Assembly: GCA_963804955.1 (NCBI GenBank)
Contig: CAWDSQ010000024.1
Span: forward strand, 160,001-224,000
Length of the DNA stretch: 64,000 bases
Direction: 5' to 3'
DNA from: an uncultured delta proteobacterium
GTDB taxonomy: Bacteria; Desulfobacterota; WTBG01; CAIYCZ01; CAIRTM01
Position 1 is the first letter of the stretch; each line of letters opens with the position of its first letter. This document shows positions 45,705-57,165 of the stretch, in pieces. The position numbers were made by a program, and so were the translations under genes. The notes beneath the pieces were generated by a model, which ran no database searches, was not told the DNA's origin, and was given only the letters and a program-made list of their open reading frames with translations.

Positions 45705-46022
45705 ATGTACGCCATCGTGAAAACGGGTGGTAAGCAGTATCGGGTCGCCCCTGGCGACAGCCTAATGATTGAAAAGCTTGAAGGTGAGCCCGGCTCCAGT
45801 GTCGAGTTCACTGACGTGCTCATGGTTGCTCCGGAAAACGGGAAAAACATTCACATTGGCACACCGATTGTTGCAAACGCCAAAGTATCAGCCGAAATCA
45901 AACGCCAGACAAAAGGCAAGAAGGTAATTATCTTCAAGTCAAAACGCCGAAAAGGCTATCGCAAAAAAACCGGCCACCGTCAGCTACTTACCGAAGTGAC
46001 CATAAAGGATATTAGTTTATAA
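45705..46022 (+). CDS. rplU: 50S ribosomal protein L21
   Basis: MYAIVKTGGKQYRV...GHRQ. Confidence 0.97.
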   Translation: MYAIVKTGGKQYRVAPGDSLMIEKLEGEPGSSVEFTDVLMVAPENGKNIHIGTPIVANAKVSAEIKRQTKGKKVIIFKSKRRKGYRKKTGHRQLLTEVTIKDISL

Positions 46023-46054
46023 TATCCAAACCATTCTTATCAGGAGGATGTATT

Positions 46055-46450
46055 TTGAAAGGATACGAACTCTGCATAATTTTCCAGCCGGAGGCAAGCG
46101 ATTCCGTCATGGATGAATTGTTCAGCGCCCTGGGGGCAGTCGTTGCTAAATATAACGGCTCTATGCTTAAAACCGAAAAATGGGGCAAGCGCAATTTAAA
46201 ATATGCCATCAAAAAGCATACAAAAGGCAATTTCTGCTTCCTTTTCTTTACCGGTACGGCTGAAACGCTCAAAGACATTGACCGAACTGTGCGCTATAAT
46301 GAACAGATTATTCGCTATACAGTGCTCAAGCTCGAAAAAAACTTTACCCCTGCTGTTATTGAAAGCGCACTGACTGCTGCTGAGACCTCAATACAGGCTG
46401 AAGCGCCTGTAGAGGCAGTCGAACCCGCTGCAACGACAGCAGAAGCGTAA
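46055..46450 (+). CDS. rpsF: 30S ribosomal protein S6
   Basis: YELCIIFQP, WGKRNLKYAIKK. Confidence 0.93.
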   Translation: MKGYELCIIFQPEASDSVMDELFSALGAVVAKYNGSMLKTEKWGKRNLKYAIKKHTKGNFCFLFFTGTAETLKDIDRTVRYNEQIIRYTVLKLEKNFTPAVIESALTAAETSIQAEAPVEAVEPAATTAEA

Positions 46451-46519
46451 AAGCGTCACAACTATACAACCAAACCGCTCACAGCCTTTTGAACATACAG
46501 TCACCGGTAGGAGGTCAAG

Positions 46520-46771
46520 TTGATTAAACGGAGAACACAAAAAAGAAAACCATTCTATACCAAGCGTAAAATCTGCCGCTTCTGCTCGGACAGCAACCTT
46601 GATATAGCATATAAAGACTACAACACACTGCGGCACTTCATCACCGAACGCGGAAAGATCATTCCCCGCAGAATTTCCGGAAACTGCGCCAAGCATCAGC
46701 GGGAGCTGGCCAGGGCGATAAAGCGCGCCCGCGTGCTTTCGATCATGCCTTTTTCCGTAACATCCTTTTAA
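46520..46771 (+). CDS. rpsR: 30S ribosomal protein S18 (Zn-binding form)
   Basis: [26 protein letters not shown]. Confidence 0.96.
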   Translation: MIKRRTQKRKPFYTKRKICRFCSDSNLDIAYKDYNTLRHFITERGKIIPRRISGNCAKHQRELARAIKRARVLSIMPFSVTSF

Positions 46772-46810
46772 TACTATTTTAATGCACCTATCAGGTAAGG
46801 GGCCTCAACA

Positions 46811-47254
46811 ATGAAAGTGATTTTGACTGAAGATGTAGCGCATCGCGGTTCCGCAGGCGACATGTTGAAAGTTAAGGACGGCTATGCCCGAAATTTTTTG
46901 ATACCAAACGGCATGGCAATAATAGCAACAACAGAAAATGTCAAGCAGCTTGAGCACCAGAAGCGCCAGGTTCAGGCAAAGCTGAACAAGCTAAAAAAAG
47001 AATCGGAAGGCGTTGCAAAAAAAATAGAAGGCATTTCCTGTACGATAGCGCGGGCTGCCGGCGAAGAGGATAAGCTCTTCGGTTCCGTCACCTCAGCCGA
47101 CATTTACACCAGCCTCAAAAATGAAGGCATTGAAGTAGACAAAAAGAAAATACTGCTCGATGAGCCGATCAAAAACCTGGGCATTTTCACCGTGCCCATT
47201 AAAATACATGCTGAAGTAACCGCCAATCTGAAAGTATGGGTTGTCAAAGAATAA
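46811..47254 (+). CDS. rplI: 50S ribosomal protein L9
   Basis: MKVIL.EDV, VKDGYARNFLIP, KLFGSVT. Confidence 0.97.
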   Translation: MKVILTEDVAHRGSAGDMLKVKDGYARNFLIPNGMAIIATTENVKQLEHQKRQVQAKLNKLKKESEGVAKKIEGISCTIARAAGEEDKLFGSVTSADIYTSLKNEGIEVDKKKILLDEPIKNLGIFTVPIKIHAEVTANLKVWVVKE

Positions 47255-47273
47255 GGAGCCTCGGGGCAACTTC

Positions 47274-48627
47274 ATGGGCAGCAACGCTCTCCAGAACGTA
47301 CCCCCACAGAATCTAGAAGCGGAGCAATCGCTTCTAGGCTCAGTGCTGCTGGAAAATGAAGCCCTTTTCAAGGCACTGGAAATCATAAAAACAGATGATT
47401 TCTACCGCGAGTCGCATCGCCAGATTTATCAGGCGATGCTGGATCTGTACGAAAAAAACGAACCTGCCGATCTTATCACCGTCACCGAAGTCCTGAAAAG
47501 AAAAAACAAGCTCGATGAAGTCGGGGGAGCTTCCTATCTCGCCGACCTGCTTGAAAAAATACCCACCGCCGCCAATATCGAGTACTACGCAAAGATTATC
47601 CGGCAGAAGTCAATACTGCGCAATCTTATCTACTCCGCTACCGAAATCGTCTCAAAGGCAACGACGGCTGAAGAAAATGTCGAGGATATTCTCGATTTTT
47701 CAGAAAAAACAATCTTCCAAATTTCAGAATACCAGATAAAACCTTCATTTTACCCGCTGAAAACGATACTCAAGTCGACGTTCAAAGATATTGAGCGGCT
47801 GTATGAAAAAAAACAGACTATCACCGGCGTGCCATCGGGGTTTGCCGATCTCGATGTCGAAGACATCAGGATTTCAGCCCTCCGATCTCATTATCATTGC
47901 CGGGCGTCCCAGTATGGGCAAAACCGCCTTCTGCCTCAATGTCGCTCAATATGCATCGCAGGAATCCCATATCCCCATAGCAATCTTCTCTCTTGAAATG
48001 TCAAAAGAACAGCTGGCGCTGCGCCTGCTGTGCAGTGAAGCGCGCGTCGACAACCATAAGCTGCGCACGGGCAACATTGCAGAAACAGACTGGGGCAAAC
48101 TGTCCATGGCAGCGGGCAAACTTGCCGATTCAAAGATGTTTATCGATGACACACCCGGCATAACAGTCTTTGAAATGCGAACCAAAGCCCGGAGGCTCAA
48201 GGCCGAACAGGGCCTGGGCATGGTCATCGTAGACTATCTGCAGCTCATGGCCGGCTCAAAAAACCGCTCAGACAGCCGCGAGCAGGAAATATCAGAAATC
48301 TCACGGTCCCTCAAGGGGCTTGCCAAGGAACTCCATGTGCCGGTTATCGCACTTTCTCAGCTCAATCGCAAAGTGGAAGACCGCGTCGATAAACGCCCAC
48401 ATATGGCTGATTTGCGTGAATCCGGTGCCATTGAACAGGATGCTGACGTTATCCTGTTCATTTACCGGGATGAAGTCTACCATCCCGATTCTGAAGAATC
48501 AAAGGGCAAAGCCGAGGTGATAATCGGCAAACAGCGCAATGGGCCAACCGGCGAAGTACAGCTTACTTTCATCAATGAATATACCCGGTTTGAGAATTAT
48601 TCCTACAGAGACATAATGCCGATTTAG
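47274..48627 (+). CDS. dnaB: Replicative DNA helicase; frameshift near 47855
   Basis: [56 protein letters not shown]. Confidence 0.96.
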
Positions 48628-48898
48628 CCCCCACTGCCTTCTTCCCGCTATTCAAGATGGTACCAAAGCCCCCGCATAAACTATACGCAGGCTTTTCCTG
48701 TAGAGTTTATGAGCTGAAAAAAGACATACAGCATTCATAAACCTTTGAAATAAATTGTATATTTTTTCAATCCTGCCATTGACTCGCACTCAACTCGTGG
48801 TTATCTTTCACAGGAATAATAAAGCACTACTTATTTATAGATTATAGTAATCTTTAAAATAAAAATCAGTTATTCTGAAAAAATTCAAGGAGGCAGGT

Positions 48899-50807
48899 AT
48901 GGCAAAAGCAATCGGCATAGATTTAGGAACAACCAACTCTGTTGTTGCAGTCATGGAGGGTGGTGAACCGACGGTTATCATCAATGAGGAGGGCAGCAGA
49001 ATCACCCCTTCTGTTGTTGCATTTACCAAAGAAGGAGAAATTCTGGTTGGTCAGGTTGCAAAGCGGCAGGCGATCACCAATCCTGAAAACACAATTTATT
49101 CAATCAAGCGCTTCATGGGACGCAAGTACAGTGAAGTAAGTGAAGAAATGAAAATGGTTCCCTACAAAGTACTGGAGGGAGCCAATGGTGATGTTCGGAT
49201 CGAAGTACGCGGCAAACAATATTCACCGCAGGAAATTTCAGCCAAAACCCTGCAGAAACTCAAAAAATCAGCTGAAGCATATCTCGGCACCGAAATAAAA
49301 GATGCGGTGATCACGGTACCCGCCTACTTTAATGACAGCCAGCGTCAGGCAACCAAAGACGCCGGCACGATCGCCGGCCTGAATGTACTGCGCATAATCA
49401 ACGAACCGACAGCATCTGCCCTTGCCTATGGTCTGGACAAGCAAAAGGAAGAAACAGTTGCAGTCTATGACTTCGGCGGCGGAACCTTTGATATCTCCAT
49501 ACTTGAAGTCGGCGACAATGTCATCGAGGTCAAATCAACAAACGGCGACACGCATCTTGGCGGCGACAATCTGGATCAGCGTATTATCGACTGGCTTGTG
49601 GCAGAATTCAGAAAAGACCAGGGCATAGACCTCAGCCAGGACAAAATGGCGCTGCAGCGCCTCAAAGAGGCTGCGGAAAAGGCAAAAATAGAGCTTTCAT
49701 CAACGGTTGAAACAGAAATAAACCTGCCGTTTGTTACGGCTGACGCCTCAGGGCCAAAGCATCTTAACTGCCGCTTGAGCAGGGCGAAATTCGAGCAGAT
49801 GATTGACGATCTCATCGAGCGCTCGCATATACCATGCGAAAAGGCTCTTCAGGATGCCGGACTGCAGCCCAGCCAGATAAACGAGGCTATTCTTGTCGGC
49901 GGCTCGACACGCATACCCAAGGTGCAGGAAATGGTGCGCAAAATTTTTGGCAAAGAGCCGCATAAAGGCGTTAATCCGGATGAAGTTGTCGCGCTGGGAG
50001 CTTCCGTGCAGGCGGGTGTTCTGTGCAGGAGAGGTTAAAGATGTGCTTCTTCTTGACGTTACCCCCTTGTCCCTCGGCATAGAAACCCTGGGCGGCGTCA
50101 CGACCAAGCTCATCGAACGCAACACGACAATACCGACAAGGAAAAGTGAAATATTCACAACGGCTGCCGACAACCAGACAAGCGTTGAAATCCATGTGCT
50201 GCAGGGTGAGCGCGATATGGCACGCGATAACCGTACGCTTGGCCGGTTTCAGCTTGTGGGCCTTCCGCCGGCGCCTCGCGGCGTGCCCCAGGTTGAGGTA
50301 ACCTTCGACATTGATGCCAACGGTATCGTGAACGTATCGGCAAAAGATCTCGGAACCGGGAAGGAACAGAAAATAACCATAACGGCATCAAGCGGGCTGA
50401 ACAAAGACGACATTGATAAAATGGTCAAGGATGCCCAGTCGCATGCAGACGAGGACAAAAAGCGTCGCGAGGAAATTGAAGTGCGCAATCAGGCAGACAG
50501 CCTTGTGTACGCAACCGAAAAAGTACTGAAGGAAAACCGCGATAAGGTGTCAGAGGCAGATGCTACAGCAGTTGAAGATGCGCTAAAGGCTACACGTGAT
50601 GCCATAGAAAAGGGGAATACGCGACGAAATCAAGGCTCGCATGGAAGCTCTGAACACTGCCTCTCACCGGCTGGCTGAAGCCATGTACAAGAAGGCATCA
50701 GCTGGCTGATGCGCAGCCTGGCGCAGGCAGCACAGGCCCCCAGAGCACCGGCGCCGACAGGACAAAACGATGTCGTTGATGCGGAATTTGAAGAAACCGA
50801 TAAATAA
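48899..50807 (+). CDS. dnaK: Chaperone DnaK; several frameshifts (~50025, ~50620-50760)
   Basis: [53 protein letters not shown]. Confidence 0.97.
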
Positions 50808-50845
50808 ACAGGTTTTTTCTTGACAAAAGACGTCTTACATCAAAT

Positions 50846-50882
50846 AAAGAGGATGAAGCACATCGGTTTCATCCTCTTTTTT
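50846..50882 (+). terminator. Terminator after dnaK
   Basis: AAAGAGGATGAA...TTCATCCTCTTTTTT. Confidence 0.75.
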
Positions 50883-50923
50883 GACTATAGCTTCACACTA
50901 ACTGAAAGGTATTCAAAATCCGC

Positions 50924-51536
50924 ATGCTCAGTGAAAAGCTTGGACACAGACTGGACAGCCCGCTTTCCCAGCTCATCAAAAGGGGCCCGCTGTCAAAGCT
51001 CAGCCCGACAGCCCTCACTCTTACCGGTCTCCTCGTCAACCTGATAGCCGCAGGTTTCATTATCCCGGGATGCGTGGAAAACAGCCGCCATTCTCATTCT
51101 TGTTGCCGGACTGTTCGACATGCTTGACGGCGCAAGCGCAAGAACCACGGAAAAAACCACGCTCTTTGGCGGATTTATTGATTCCGTTGTTGACCGCTAT
51201 TCTGATATGGCGATTCTTACTTGCCTTCATCATTTACTATGCCCTGGATAACCCGATAACATCTTCATGGTGAGTCTCTGCGCGGTCACCTGCGTGGGCT
51301 GTGTACTGATTCCCTATACGCGGGCGCGGGCTGAAACAATTATCCCCATATGCAATATCGGCATCATGGAACGCGCCGAAAGAATTCTTCTTATCGTTGC
51401 GGGTTGCTACTTCAATCTTATGCAGCCTGTTTTTCTGATTCTTGCGGTATTGACGCATGTAACCGTACTGCAACGGATCTATTACACGTGGGAAAAAACA
51501 CAAAAACAAATAAAACATGACTGTGCTATGGAATGA
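50924..51536 (+). CDS. CDP-alcohol phosphatidyltransferase family protein; frameshifted
   Basis: SPTALT..G; in a shifted frame DMLDGASAR...FGGFIDSVVDRYSD; YTRARAE, GIMERAER. Confidence 0.85.
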
Positions 51537-51551
51537 TGAGGGAGGCGACTT

Positions 51552-51952
51552 ATGGAAGAAAAACAGGGAAATGGCTTTACTTTTAAAGACAAAGAGTGCT
51601 GCGTTCAGGATGAACAAGTAAACAAAGCCGGACATGAAGAACAGCAGCCAATGGTAAAAAAAGCACCTCTCAAGATCGTATGAGCGCACACGACCTGCCT
51701 GAAATCAATTTCGCTTCTTTTATCATATCCCTCAGTTCATCAGCACTGTTCCATCTGGGCGATATTCCTGATCCGGCAACAAACCAGACGCAGCGCAACC
51801 TGCCCCTTGCCAAGCAGACGATTGATATACTTGGGCTTTTAAAGGAAAAGACCGTCGGAAATCTTGAACGGGATGAAACCCAGCTGCTGGAAAACCTGCT
51901 GTATGACCTGCGCATGCGGTACGTGGCAGAACTGAAAAAAGACGCTCTGTAA
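51552..51952 (+). CDS. DUF1844 family protein; N-terminus probably frameshifted
   Basis: LPEINFASFI.SL..SAL.HLG...NLPLAKQTIDIL..L..KT.GNL. Confidence 0.8.
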
Positions 51953-51960
51953 ACCCAGCT

Positions 51961-52830
51961 ATGGAATCACTTGTCATCAGCGCCCCTGCAAAAGTCAATC
52001 TGTGCCTTGAAATCATCAAAAAACGGCCGGACGGCTATCATGAAATAAGCACCATATTTCAAAAAATCGGCCTTTTCGATGAACTGACCCTGCAAAAAAC
52101 AGCTGCTCCCGGCATACGTCTTACCGTTGACAACCCGGCTGTTCCCTCAGACCGTACAAATCTTGTGTACCGGGCGGCAGAGCTCATTATGGGGCACTGC
52201 AGAGCAGAACCGGGGCGTAGCCATCAAGCTGCACAAGCGGATACCGGCAGGGGCAGGCCTTGGCGGCGGCAGCAGCGATGCAGCAGCAGCGCTTGACGGC
52301 CTGAACAGGCTTTTTGACCTGGGGCTCTCACTGCAAACTCTCCAGCAGCATGCGCTCAGACTGGGGGCTGACGTGCCTTTTTTTCTTTCACCCTGGCCAA
52401 CAGCCTGCGCTACCGGCGTCGGTGAAATACTGCAGCAGGTCCACCTGCGCACTGAGCTCTGGTTTGTCATTGTTTTCCCCCGTTTCAGCATATCAACGGC
52501 ATGGGCGTACGCAACCTACAGCAAAGATATCATATTGACAAATCAACGAAAAAATATTATTTTACCTAATTCTATTGATGACCTTGCACAGGTACGAACA
52601 CTGCTGCATAATGACTTTGAGCAGGTGGTTATACCCAGGCATCCCGAGATCGCCGCCATACAACAGAGCCTCATGCAGGCAGGGCGCTGAAGGCGCACTG
52701 CTCAGCGGCAGCGGTTCATCGGTTTTTGGTAGTTTTTGAAAACCGCGAGATCTGCCAGAAAGCTGCTGCACAGCTCTCGGAGAGCATAAACGGCGATATT
52801 TTCATAGCCCCAGGTCTCTGGCAGGAATAA
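51961..52830 (+). CDS. ispE: 4-diphosphocytidyl-2-C-methyl-D-erythritol kinase; frameshifted
   Basis: APAKVNL.L, DGYHEI, IPAGAGLGGGSSDAA, LGADVPFF, NDFE, LSGSGSSVF. Confidence 0.93.
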
Positions 52831-52943
52831 GCCCAAGCGGACTGCTCACAGAGCTGAAATCCGCGAAGAGCCCGTGATGCAGCACTGCTCAATAAACCCT
52901 TGTCCTGCGCTGAATTGTCAGGAGCATAAAAAAGGAGTCTTGC

Positions 52944-53885
52944 GTGAACGATCTTAAAATTTTCTCGGGCAATGCAACCCCGGCCCTTGCTAATGAAATC
53001 TGCAAATATTTCAATCAGCCTCTGGGCGCAGCCAAAGTCGGCTCCTTCAGCGATGGCGAGACCATGGTCGAAGTGCAGGAAAACGTACGCGGCATGGATG
53101 TTTTTGTTGTGCAGTCAACCTGCAATCCCGTCAATACGCACCTGATGGAACTGCTGATCATGATTGATGCCCTTAAACGGGCATCCGCAGAAAGAATCAC
53201 CGCAGTTATTCCCTACTACGGATATGCCCGGCAGGACCGCAAGGTTGCACCCCGCGTGCCGATAACGGCAAAGCTGGTTGCGGACCTGCTCACCACCGCA
53301 GGTGCCGACCGCGTTCTGACCATTGACCTGCATGCCGGACAGATACAGGGATTTTTCAGCATTCCTGTTGATAATCTTTTCGCTTCGCCGATCATCTACC
53401 AATACCTGAAGGAAAAATACGCGGGCAAGGAAGTTGTCATTGTTTCACCCGATGCCGGCGGCGTCGAGCGTGCCCGCAGCATGGCAAAACGCATCGGCGC
53501 CACAATTGCCATTATCGACAAACGCCGCCTGCGGGCAAATGAAGCAGAGGTCATGAATATCATCGGTGATATCGAAGGCAAGCATGCCCTGGTGCTCGAC
53601 GATATGGTTGACACGGCAGGAACACTTACCAAAGCGGCAGATGCCGTCTGTTCGCGCGGGGCGCTGTCAGTTGCCGCATGCTGCACGCATCCCGTGCTTT
53701 CGGGTGCTGCCATAGAAAAAATCAATCAATCCTGTCTCGAGGAAATCGTGGTCACCAACACTGTTCCGCTCACCCCTGAAGGGGCTGCATCAAAAAAGAT
53801 AAAAGTGCTGTCCATTGCCGAATTTTTTGCCGTGGCCATCAGGCGCATTCACAACAATGACTCGGTAAGCTCGCTTTTCATATAA
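52944..53885 (+). CDS. prs: Ribose-phosphate pyrophosphokinase
   Basis: FSDGE, PYYGYARQDRK, DLHAGQIQGFF, SPDAGG, DDMVDTAGT. Confidence 0.97.
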   Translation: MNDLKIFSGNATPALANEICKYFNQPLGAAKVGSFSDGETMVEVQENVRGMDVFVVQSTCNPVNTHLMELLIMIDALKRASAERITAVIPYYGYARQDRKVAPRVPITAKLVADLLTTAGADRVLTIDLHAGQIQGFFSIPVDNLFASPIIYQYLKEKYAGKEVVIVSPDAGGVERARSMAKRIGATIAIIDKRRLRANEAEVMNIIGDIEGKHALVLDDMVDTAGTLTKAADAVCSRGALSVAACCTHPVLSGAAIEKINQSCLEEIVVTNTVPLTPEGAASKKIKVLSIAEFFAVAIRRIHNNDSVSSLFI

Positions 53886-53930
53886 AAACAGACTATAGTT
53901 ACCATATACCAACAGCTGTAAGGAGGCACC

Positions 53931-54626
53931 ATGAGTCAGACAATCACCATCACCGCAACATCGCGCGAGGGCGCAGGCAAAGGCGTTAACCGCAAACTGC
54001 GCGCAAAGGGACTCATTCCGGCGGTCGTGTACGGTCATCATTATGACGCTGTTTCGCTCTGCGTCAATGCCACTGAAATGGATAAAATGTTCCGTCCCGG
54101 CCATGAGGATATGCAGGACTACCAGCTCTACAAACTGGTTGTCAAGGCCGCGGATTCAAAGGAAACCATGGTCGTGATTAAAGACATCCAGCGCGACCCG
54201 ATCAAAGAAAAAATCCGGCATATAGACTTTTTTGCCGTACGCATGGATGAAAAAATAATAGCGCCCGTGCATGTACGAATCATGGGCAAGGCTATTGGCG
54301 TCAAAAATGGCGGCATTCTGCGCCACCTCCTGCATGAAATCAAGGTAAAGAGCCTGCCGGCAGATGTGCCGCCGCATATTGATATTGATGTGACCGCAAT
54401 GGAAATCGGCGATTCCGTGCATGTAAAAGATTTGCAGGTGCCGGCAAATGTCCAGATTTTAACCGATGCGGAAGCGGGCGTTGTCAACATCATGGCGCCT
54501 ATCGTTGCCAAGGAAGAAAAAACAGAAGCTGAAGCGCCAGCCGCCCCGGCTGCGGCCGCCAAAGCAGCACCTGCAGCCGGCAAGGCTGCTCCTGCTGCCG
54601 CCAAGGCTGCTCCTGCGAAAAAGTAA
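53931..54626 (+). CDS. rplY: 50S ribosomal protein L25/Ctc with Ala/Pro/Lys-rich tail
   Basis: GKG..RKLR..G.IPAVVYG, HIDF, GVKNGG. Confidence 0.95.
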   Translation: MSQTITITATSREGAGKGVNRKLRAKGLIPAVVYGHHYDAVSLCVNATEMDKMFRPGHEDMQDYQLYKLVVKAADSKETMVVIKDIQRDPIKEKIRHIDFFAVRMDEKIIAPVHVRIMGKAIGVKNGGILRHLLHEIKVKSLPADVPPHIDIDVTAMEIGDSVHVKDLQVPANVQILTDAEAGVVNIMAPIVAKEEKTEAEAPAAPAAAAKAAPAAGKAAPAAAKAAPAKK

Positions 54627-54697
54627 TGCCAGCCCGGCAGGCAGTATATGATTTTCACACAGAACTGCCTGCCGCGTAAAAGCTTGATATGCGTCCT

Positions 54698-55311
54698 GTG
54701 AAACTCATAGCAGGTCTTGGCAATCCCGGCGATGCCTACAGCCTGACCAGACACAATATCGGGTTTATGGCTGCTGATCGAATCGCTCGGGAAACAGGCA
54801 TTGCCCTGAACAAATTCAAATTTCATGCCCTGGTGGGGCACGGCAGGCTGGTGCGGACATGACGTCATCATTGCCAAACCCCAGACCTTCATGAATCGCA
54901 GCGGCATGGCAATCAGCGCACTTGCAGACTCCCTGCGCCATTGCAGCCGAAAACATCATCGTCATGCACGATGATATGGATGTAGCTTTCGGCAGCCTCA
55001 AAATAAAAATCCGCGGCGGCAGCGCCGGCCACCGCGGTATCGTATCACTCATTGACCAGCTCTCCACAGACGTATTTGTGCGCCTGCGCATCGGCATTGG
55101 ACGGCCGCCCGCCGATATGGCTGGCCCCGACTATGTACTAGAAACATTTTCCTGCCAGGAACTGAATCAACTAGCTGGCATAACCGCAATGGCGTTCCAG
55201 TGTCTGGAGACGCTCCTCACGCAAGGCATCGCAGCCGCTATGAACCGTTTCCATACGGGGGCCGCTGAAGCACCGAAACAGCGCAGCTCATCAGAAGATC
55301 CTGGTTTTTAG
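54698..55311 (+). CDS. pth: Peptidyl-tRNA hydrolase; frameshifted
   Basis: [51 protein letters not shown]. Confidence 0.93.
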
Positions 55312-55393
55312 AGCCTTTTTTACCTCAGTTGTTTATAAAATCCTTGCCTCTCAATCATTAGTATGCTATTTAGTTTGTGATAATTTACATCAA

Positions 55394-55466
<73 letters not shown>

Positions 55467-55475
55467 TAAAAAATT

Positions 55476-55510
55476 AAAAGCACTCAGCCTTACCGGTTGA
55501 GTGCTTTTTT
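55476..55510 (+). terminator. Terminator after tRNA-Glu
   Basis: AAAAGCACTCA...TGAGTGCTTTTTT. Confidence 0.85.
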
Positions 55511-55737
55511 GTTTTGAGTTGAAGGACCCTCGCACGGAGAGAAATGTCAGGCGGGTGAAGGCTGTAAAAATTGCATCTAGTAACTAAACAACAGTAAATA
55601 AAAAAACCACCTGGAATCAGAGCTACTATGACATTGTTAATATTTCAACATTACGACACGTAGTGTTGACTTTTAAGAGAAAAGGCCCAACTACTATATC
55701 TAGTAGTCAGGCCCTGATTTGTATTTCTGTATAAGCT

Positions 55738-57165
55738 TTACTTCTTCCCTACCATCGGCGCAATCATTTCAAGAACCCTTCGGGCAACGGCCTGCAACTC
55801 CGGGCTGCGTTCAAGGGCGGCATTGATGCTGTTGGCATTATTGTAATAAATTTGTATTACCTTCCGGCCAATGGCGCTTCGGGCAAGATTGCTATCTCGA
55901 AAATCACGCAAATTTTCAAGTTCCGGATTATCCACCCCCAGAACCTTTATTGCCGGGCATCTGCTGCCAGGAGTTGTCGTAGTGGTGGTTGTCACCCAAG
56001 GAACCATCGAGCCCGTAGGGCTGCCCCCGATCCCGCCGATACGGTAGATTCCCATACCCGACAGGTCGTAGATAAGCGGCGAGTTGATAGAGGAGTTGAA
56101 GGACACGTCGTGCATCACAGCGGCAGCGGCGTTCTGCACGTCCATGTGATACACCCAGATTTTGCTCCCGCTATACAAGCTCACGGTCACGCCGCCATCG
56201 CTGCCTGCGGCAAGCAGAAAATAGCGGTGATTCATATTTTCAGTATTGGGGATATCAACGGCGATGTCCCTGTCCTGCAGAAGCGTGCCGTTATCGTCAA
56301 AGTAGAACAAGTGGGTGATATGGTCGCTGCCGTCCACATTGCCCAGGGCGACGAACCCTCCACGGGGCATGCCGACCATGTTTATGAGCGTGCGCTGCAG
56401 ATCGCTGATATCTTTGATGGTCTGCAGTGTCAGGTTGTCGCTGTAAAAGCAGAGCAGGGGCGTATACCCCACGGCTCCTTCCCCTGTTGCAAGCCGGCCG
56501 CTTTCAGGCACCACCACGAATCCGCCGCTGCTCAGGCTGGCTATATCGCCCGAGCCATGCCAGATGCGGGTCCCGGTCGCCTGCTCAACATCAAGCCGCA
56601 CGTCTATGGTTTTCAGCAAAACGCCGTCTCCAGCAGTCTGCGTAAGCGCCCCGGAATAGAAATCGTTTTGCACGATCGTGCCGTTGCGCAGGCCCGCATA
56701 AAAAATACCTCCAATTGTTGCCGGTATCATACTGCCGCGCATCGTGCCGCTGGTGTCCATATGCCATATGGTAAATGTATCCATGTCGTAGTTACAGCCC
56801 TTGATTAGCCAGCCGCTGTCGCCTGCAGTGCGCATGGTCCACCAGTTGTCGAGGGTGTTTATATCGACGGTATTCGTGCTGCCTGTTGCATTGTCGAAAA
56901 TCGTTACCGATTCCAGTTGTGTATCGAGGACTGCGAATGCAGTGCTGCTGTCGCAGGCATCGCCATAGCCGTCGGTGTCGTTGTCCGACTGGTCGGGATT
57001 GTAGACGCCCGGGCAGTTGTCGCCCGCATCAGTAATGTTGTCGCCGTCGCTGTCGCTGTTTTCAGCAAACCCATCGAGTTTCTGTTTTGTCCAGTCGGCG
57101 AAGGAATACTGCGGTACAAGAATGAAAATACAAAAGACTAAAACAGCTGCACGGAATTTTTTCAT
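55738..57165 (-). CDS. Secreted protein with thrombospondin type-3 Ca-binding repeat, beta-rich core, Thr linker and CFI-box-like C-terminal domain
   Basis: Signal peptide; DSDGDNITDAGDNCP..YNPDQSDNDTDGYGDACD; TTTTTTT; CP...LG.......LRDFRD..L..SAIGR..I..YY. Confidence 0.75.
   Translation of the reverse strand: MKKFRAAVLVFCIFILVPQYSFADWTKQKLDGFAENSDSDGDNITDAGDNCPGVYNPDQSDNDTDGYGDACDSSTAFAVLDTQLESVTIFDNATGSTNTVDINTLDNWWTMRTAGDSGWLIKGCNYDMDTFTIWHMDTSGTMRGSMIPATIGGIFYAGLRNGTIVQNDFYSGALTQTAGDGVLLKTIDVRLDVEQATGTRIWHGSGDIASLSSGGFVVVPESGRLATGEGAVGYTPLLCFYSDNLTLQTIKDISDLQRTLINMVGMPRGGFVALGNVDGSDHITHLFYFDDNGTLLQDRDIAVDIPNTENMNHRYFLLAAGSDGGVTVSLYSGSKIWVYHMDVQNAAAAVMHDVSFNSSINSPLIYDLSGMGIYRIGGIGGSPTGSMVPWVTTTTTTTPGSRCPAIKVLGVDNPELENLRDFRDSNLARSAIGRKVIQIYYNNANSINAALERSPELQAVARRVLEMIAPMVGKK

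Noticed and set aside
48780..48850. CIRCE element upstream of dnaK
   Set aside because: Only half-site-like GCACTC/GCACTA matches; the inverted GAGTGCTAA arm is absent
54530..54623. Low-complexity GCC/GCT repeat
   Set aside because: Ordinary Ala/Pro/Lys-rich tail of ribosomal protein L25
16074..55311. Mass pseudogenisation or programmed frameshifting in tyrS, rny, dnaB, dnaK, ispE, pth and others
   Set aside because: Essential genes are affected, the indels are single-base and often in short homopolymers, and the proteins are otherwise conserved; long-read consensus error explains this best
55684..55714. NrdR-box-like palindrome CTACTATATCTAGTAG
   Set aside because: It lies downstream of a convergent gene with no nucleotide-reduction gene nearby; more likely part of a terminator hairpin
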